From assembly GCF_044647545.1 (NCBI RefSeq), contig NZ_CP172818.1: DNA of 64,000 nt, one strand, 5' to 3'. Shown piece after piece: positions 60,404 through 64,000 of this stretch (the first letter of the stretch is position 1; each line of letters begins with the position of its first letter). This DNA is from Escherichia coli (GTDB taxonomy: Bacteria; Pseudomonadota; Gammaproteobacteria; Enterobacterales; Enterobacteriaceae). The notes under the pieces were generated by a model. It worked only from the letters and a program-made list of their open reading frames with translations. It ran no database searches and was not told where the DNA came from. Both the position numbers and the translations under genes were made by a program.

Positions 60404-62625
60404 AGCGTTGGTTCCCCCGGCGGCAACGGTTCAGCCGGGGTCGCGCCCGGAGCAGGCAGCACCTGATAAGTCTGCACTGGCGCGCGAACGCCCGCCAGGT
60501 CGAAATGTTTTTTCACCTGGCTGTCGAGGGCAAAGCGGACCGTCCACTGTTTGAGTGGCAGCGTGGTGAACGAAACACGCAGTGTAAACGCGGTATTGCT
60601 TAAGCCGACAATCCCGGCAAAATTCGGTTCACCAATAATCAGCCCGCGAATTTCTTCGTTTTCCATCAATTCCGCTACCGCATCTTTCAGTGCCTGATTG
60701 GCTTTATCAGCATCTTCATGGCGATCAACATCGTAATTTGCCACCACCGAACCAATGCCGCGGACGAAGTTAGCAAAGGTAGTTATAGAAGACCACGGAA
60801 TGATGTGATACGCCCCGGTATCCTGACGCACGCCCACGGAGCGAATCGACATCCGTTCCACAGTGCCGGTCAACGGCCCGATAGTCACCAAATCTCCAGT
60901 GTTCATACCGTTTTCAAACTGAATAAATACCCCGGTGATAATATCTTTCACCAGCGTTTGCGAACCAAACGAGATAGCCAGACCTAATGCCCCGGCACCT
61001 GCCAGCAATGGCGCGATATTGACGCCGATTTCCGACAACACAATCATGATGGTGATGGTACTGATAATCACCGCCAGCGCGTTACGAAACAGCGTAAGCA
61101 GGGTACGCGTGCGGGCGCTGGGTAGCGGGCGGCCATGAATATCCGAAGCCAGCCGGTTTTCGATCAAACTGGCGAGCACCGTCCAGCCAACCGCCGAGAA
61201 GAAAAGAATGAGTGCGATACGGATCAGGATATCTACGGTTTTCTGCCCCGCACCGTTTTGCAGCCAGTTCCAGAAATCGAACAATCCCCATGCGCTCAAC
61301 AGCAGCATTACCGCCACGCAGACGGTCAGAATACGCGCCGTTTTCAATGCCGCCGAAAGCCAGCCGTTCAGCCGTTTTTGCAGCTCCGGATAATTTCGCT
61401 GAGTATGTGGCGAGAGGGTGATGGTTTTCGCCAGCCAGCGGGAAAACATACCGGAAACAAATGCTGCGATACCAATAATCGCCAGGCTACGCACCGTTGC
61501 ACCCATCATAAATTTCAGGCTGTTGCCCGGATCGAACAACGAAAAGAAAAACAGCACGATAAAATAGGCGCTTGCCAGCCAGTGCCACACCAGCGCAAAG
61601 GCGCGGATAAACAGGCTGAAAAAGGCCAGCGAATGCTCCGCGAAGTTGAGCAAATGCTGGGTAATCTCTTTTTTATTACGAAAGATCAGGTACAGCGCCC
61701 AGACCGTCATGCACAGCATAATGATGACGTTCGCCAGCGCACCTATCTGTACATTCACCTGATTAGAGATAATCGGCACAGCCACAATCAGACCATAGCC
61801 AATCAGGCTGCTTAACCAGCTCAGGCGACGACTCCAGTAACGGGCGGTCTCGTCATGAATCGTGAACGGGCGCAGTTCAGCCACGTTTGGGCAAAAAATC
61901 AGGCGTAGTACGGCTTTGAAAAATTCAATCAGGGCAAAGGCGTTGAGAAACAAACTTTGTTGGAAAGCGATGGTGCGACTGCCCGCATTCAGGTTGTCGC
62001 TTAAAACCTGACCGACAAATAATGTCAGTGCCAGTAACAGCAGGTCGATAATAAACGCCCCGATAATCATCGCCGGAAGCTGCAACCAGTTACTGCGCTC
62101 ACGATTTTTTTGCCGCGCCCACTGGCCCATTTTGCGATACAGCGGAAGTGCGCACAGGCGAATCAGCCAGTAAAAACCAAACACTAATACCGCTAACATT
62201 GAAAAATGGGTCAACGCATTGCTGAAGGTTTGTGGATTAAACGGCTTATGCGGGGAGCCGGTGATATTGCGATAAAGTTGCCCGAAGCGGGCGGAAAGGG
62301 CTTCACCATAATGGCGGCTGACTTCGGTGACCTTTTGCAGCACGGTTTGCTCTTCAACCAGCGTCGGCGGCACGATCTTCGGTACGGGTTCTGCCGGGGG
62401 CGTCGCGGCGACGGTGCGCAACTGGTCGATCAACTCTTTACGCGAGGTGTCATTATCCAGCACATCCGCCAGTGCGCCATAGGCCGCTTTTTTTTGTTCG
62501 ATATCCGGTTCCGGGGCCGGTTCAGTCGTTGAGTCCGTTGTCGTTGTGGTTGTAACGCCGGGTATGGATACCGCGTGGGCAGGTGCGCCCAGCAGGCAGA
62601 AGAGGATGAACAGGATCCACCGCAT
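60400..62625 (-). CDS. ybiO: MscS-family mechanosensitive channel with large N-terminal extension
   Basis: Start chosen at [18 protein letters not shown] (signal-like, GGAG RBS); multiple TM segments and MscS-like C-terminal domain; 3' end overlaps rlmF stop by 4 nt. Confidence 0.92.
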   Translation of the reverse strand: MRWILFILFCLLGAPAHAVSIPGVTTTTTTDSTTEPAPEPDIEQKKAAYGALADVLDNDTSRKELIDQLRTVAATPPAEPVPKIVPPTLVEEQTVLQKVTEVSRHYGEALSARFGQLYRNITGSPHKPFNPQTFSNALTHFSMLAVLVFGFYWLIRLCALPLYRKMGQWARQKNRERSNWLQLPAMIIGAFIIDLLLLALTLFVGQVLSDNLNAGSRTIAFQQSLFLNAFALIEFFKAVLRLIFCPNVAELRPFTIHDETARYWSRRLSWLSSLIGYGLIVAVPIISNQVNVQIGALANVIIMLCMTVWALYLIFRNKKEITQHLLNFAEHSLAFFSLFIRAFALVWHWLASAYFIVLFFFSLFDPGNSLKFMMGATVRSLAIIGIAAFVSGMFSRWLAKTITLSPHTQRNYPELQKRLNGWLSAALKTARILTVCVAVMLLLSAWGLFDFWNWLQNGAGQKTVDILIRIALILFFSAVGWTVLASLIENRLASDIHGRPLPSARTRTLLTLFRNALAVIISTITIMIVLSEIGVNIAPLLAGAGALGLAISFGSQTLVKDIITGVFIQFENGMNTGDLVTIGPLTGTVERMSIRSVGVRQDTGAYHIIPWSSITTFANFVRGIGSVVANYDVDRHEDADKANQALKDAVAELMENEEIRGLIIGEPNFAGIVGLSNTAFTLRVSFTTLPLKQWTVRFALDSQVKKHFDLAGVRAPVQTYQVLPAPGATPAEPLPPGEPTL

Positions 62626-62737
62626 GACTCCTCCAGTGAGAAAACAGAGCAAAAAGATAAGTATAGATGCTGGGGGAGGAGCGATTTTAAATGAGAGGAA
62701 TCTGGTGTGCCTCCCTTTCGGGGAAAGGGAGGCTGAG

Positions 62738-63460
62738 TTAAGAGACGTGCTGCAAAAATTCCTGCAAGCGCTGGCTCGGTGGGTTCTTGATCAACACCTG
62801 CGGATCGCCATCTTCCGCAATCCGGCCTTTGTCGATAAAGATCAGGCGCGAAGCTACTTTCTCGGCAAAACCGATTTCGTGTGTCACGATCACCATCGTC
62901 ATCCCTTCTTCAGCCAGATCCTGCATAACCTTCAGCACTTCATGGCGCAGTTCCGGGTCAAGAGCGGAAGTCGGTTCATCAAACAGCATCATTTTCGGCT
63001 TCACCGCCAGCGCGCGTGCGATCGCCACACGCTGCTGTTGACCACCAGAAAGTTCGGAAGGGTAGTGATGTGCACGTTCTGCCAGACCGACTTTCGCCAG
63101 CAGCTCACGCGCCAGTTTTTCCGCCTCTTCTTTGTTCGCGCCACGCACGCGTAGCGGACCAAACATGACGTTTTCCAGCGCCGTCAGATGCGGGAAGAGG
63201 TAAAACTGCTGGAACACCATACCTGCTTCCTGGCGAATCAGGCGCTCGTCAACTTTCGGATCGTTAACCTTCAGGCCATCGACAATCAGATCGCCGGAAG
63301 TGATTTCTTCCAGTTTGTTGATGCAGCGCAGCAGGGTCGATTTACCGGAACCGGACGGCCCGATAATCACCACGACTTCGCCCTGAGCAATGTTCAAATC
63401 GATATTGTGCAGCACCTGGGTTGGACCAAAATGCTTGGAGACGTTTTTAAATTCAATCAC
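62738..63460 (-). CDS. glnQ: glutamine ABC transporter ATPase
   Basis: 240-aa ORF with Walker [10 protein letters not shown] and signature [15 protein letters not shown]. Confidence 0.97.
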
Positions 63461-64000
63461 AGGATTTTCATCCTTCTTTCCAGACGACGCAGAATAAAGC
63501 TCAGCACCAGGGTAATAATCAGATAGAACACCGCCACGGCGCTCCAGATCTCAAGGGCGCGGAAGTTACCGGCAATAATTTCTTGCCCCTGACGGGTCAG
63601 TTCCGCCACGCCGATAACAATAAACAGCGAGGTGTCTTTAATGCTGATGATCCACTGGTTACCCAGCGGCGGCAGCATACGACGCAGTGCCAGCGGTAAA
63701 ATGACGTAGCGAATGGTTTCCCAACGTGAAAGACCGAGCGCCAGTCCTGCTTCACGAAAACCTTTATGAATAGACAGCACCGCACCACGCGTGATTTCCG
63801 CAATGTACGCGCCAGAGTTGATCATGATGGTGACCACCGCCGCAGTAAACGGGTCGATGCGTAAGTCGTTAAACGCCATCGGCAGGGCGAAATAGATAAA
63901 CATCACTTGGACGACGATAGGTGTGCCGCGGATCACTTCAATAAAGACCAGCGCGACGTGGTTGGCTATCCAACCACCGAAGGTGCGTGCAAAACCTGCC
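63457..64000 (-). CDS. glnP: glutamine ABC transporter permease, C-terminal part (5' end outside window)
   Basis: Minus-strand frame open to the window edge; permease EAA-like loop; stop overlaps glnQ start. Confidence 0.93.

Noticed and set aside
61135-61815. 226-aa plus-strand ORF antisense to ybiO
   Set aside because: Embedded in ybiO; Arg/Gln/His-rich low-complexity translation; no start context.
62710-62732. Hairpin cctccctttc-gggg-aaagggagg between ybiO and glnQ as an intrinsic terminator
   Set aside because: Stable stem but no T-run on either strand, so it cannot be called a canonical rho-independent terminator; it may still be a processing or REP-like structure.
62546-63154. 202-aa plus-strand ORF spanning the ybiO-glnQ gap and antisense to glnQ
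   Set aside because: Overlaps glnQ, which has canonical ABC motifs; no independent support.

Overview
This window reads as ordinary, well-characterised Escherichia coli K-12-type core chromosome, collinear with the nadA-pnuC ... glnQ-glnP stretch (gal, mod, bio, uvrB, moa, rhlE, dinG and fiu loci). I found no novel system: no CRISPR array, no IS element, integrase or prophage, and no rRNA or tRNA gene. I call 61 protein-coding genes (two truncated by the window edges), plus regulatory sites, terminators and repeats (REP/BIME, one ERIC element) that can be read directly from the sequence. All identifications rest on reading the six-frame translations and motifs and on remembered E. coli gene order; no database search was run, so operator and repeat coordinates are approximate and several start codons are chosen by memory of the protein N-termini. 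The most interesting targets are the under-characterised y-gene modules: (1) the LysR-linked ybhD/ybhH-ybhI-ybhJ cluster (PrpF-like isomerase, DASS transporter, aconitase-like enzyme), which I read as a possible tricarboxylate catabolic module; (2) fiu-ybiX-ybiI, a Fur-box-associated TonB receptor with a putative oxygenase and zinc-finger protein; (3) ybhP-clsB-ybhN, a translationally coupled lipid-remodelling operon; (4) the tandem BI-1-like paralogs ybhL/ybhM; (5) cecR-ybhGFSR efflux module. These are poorly described rather than undescribed.
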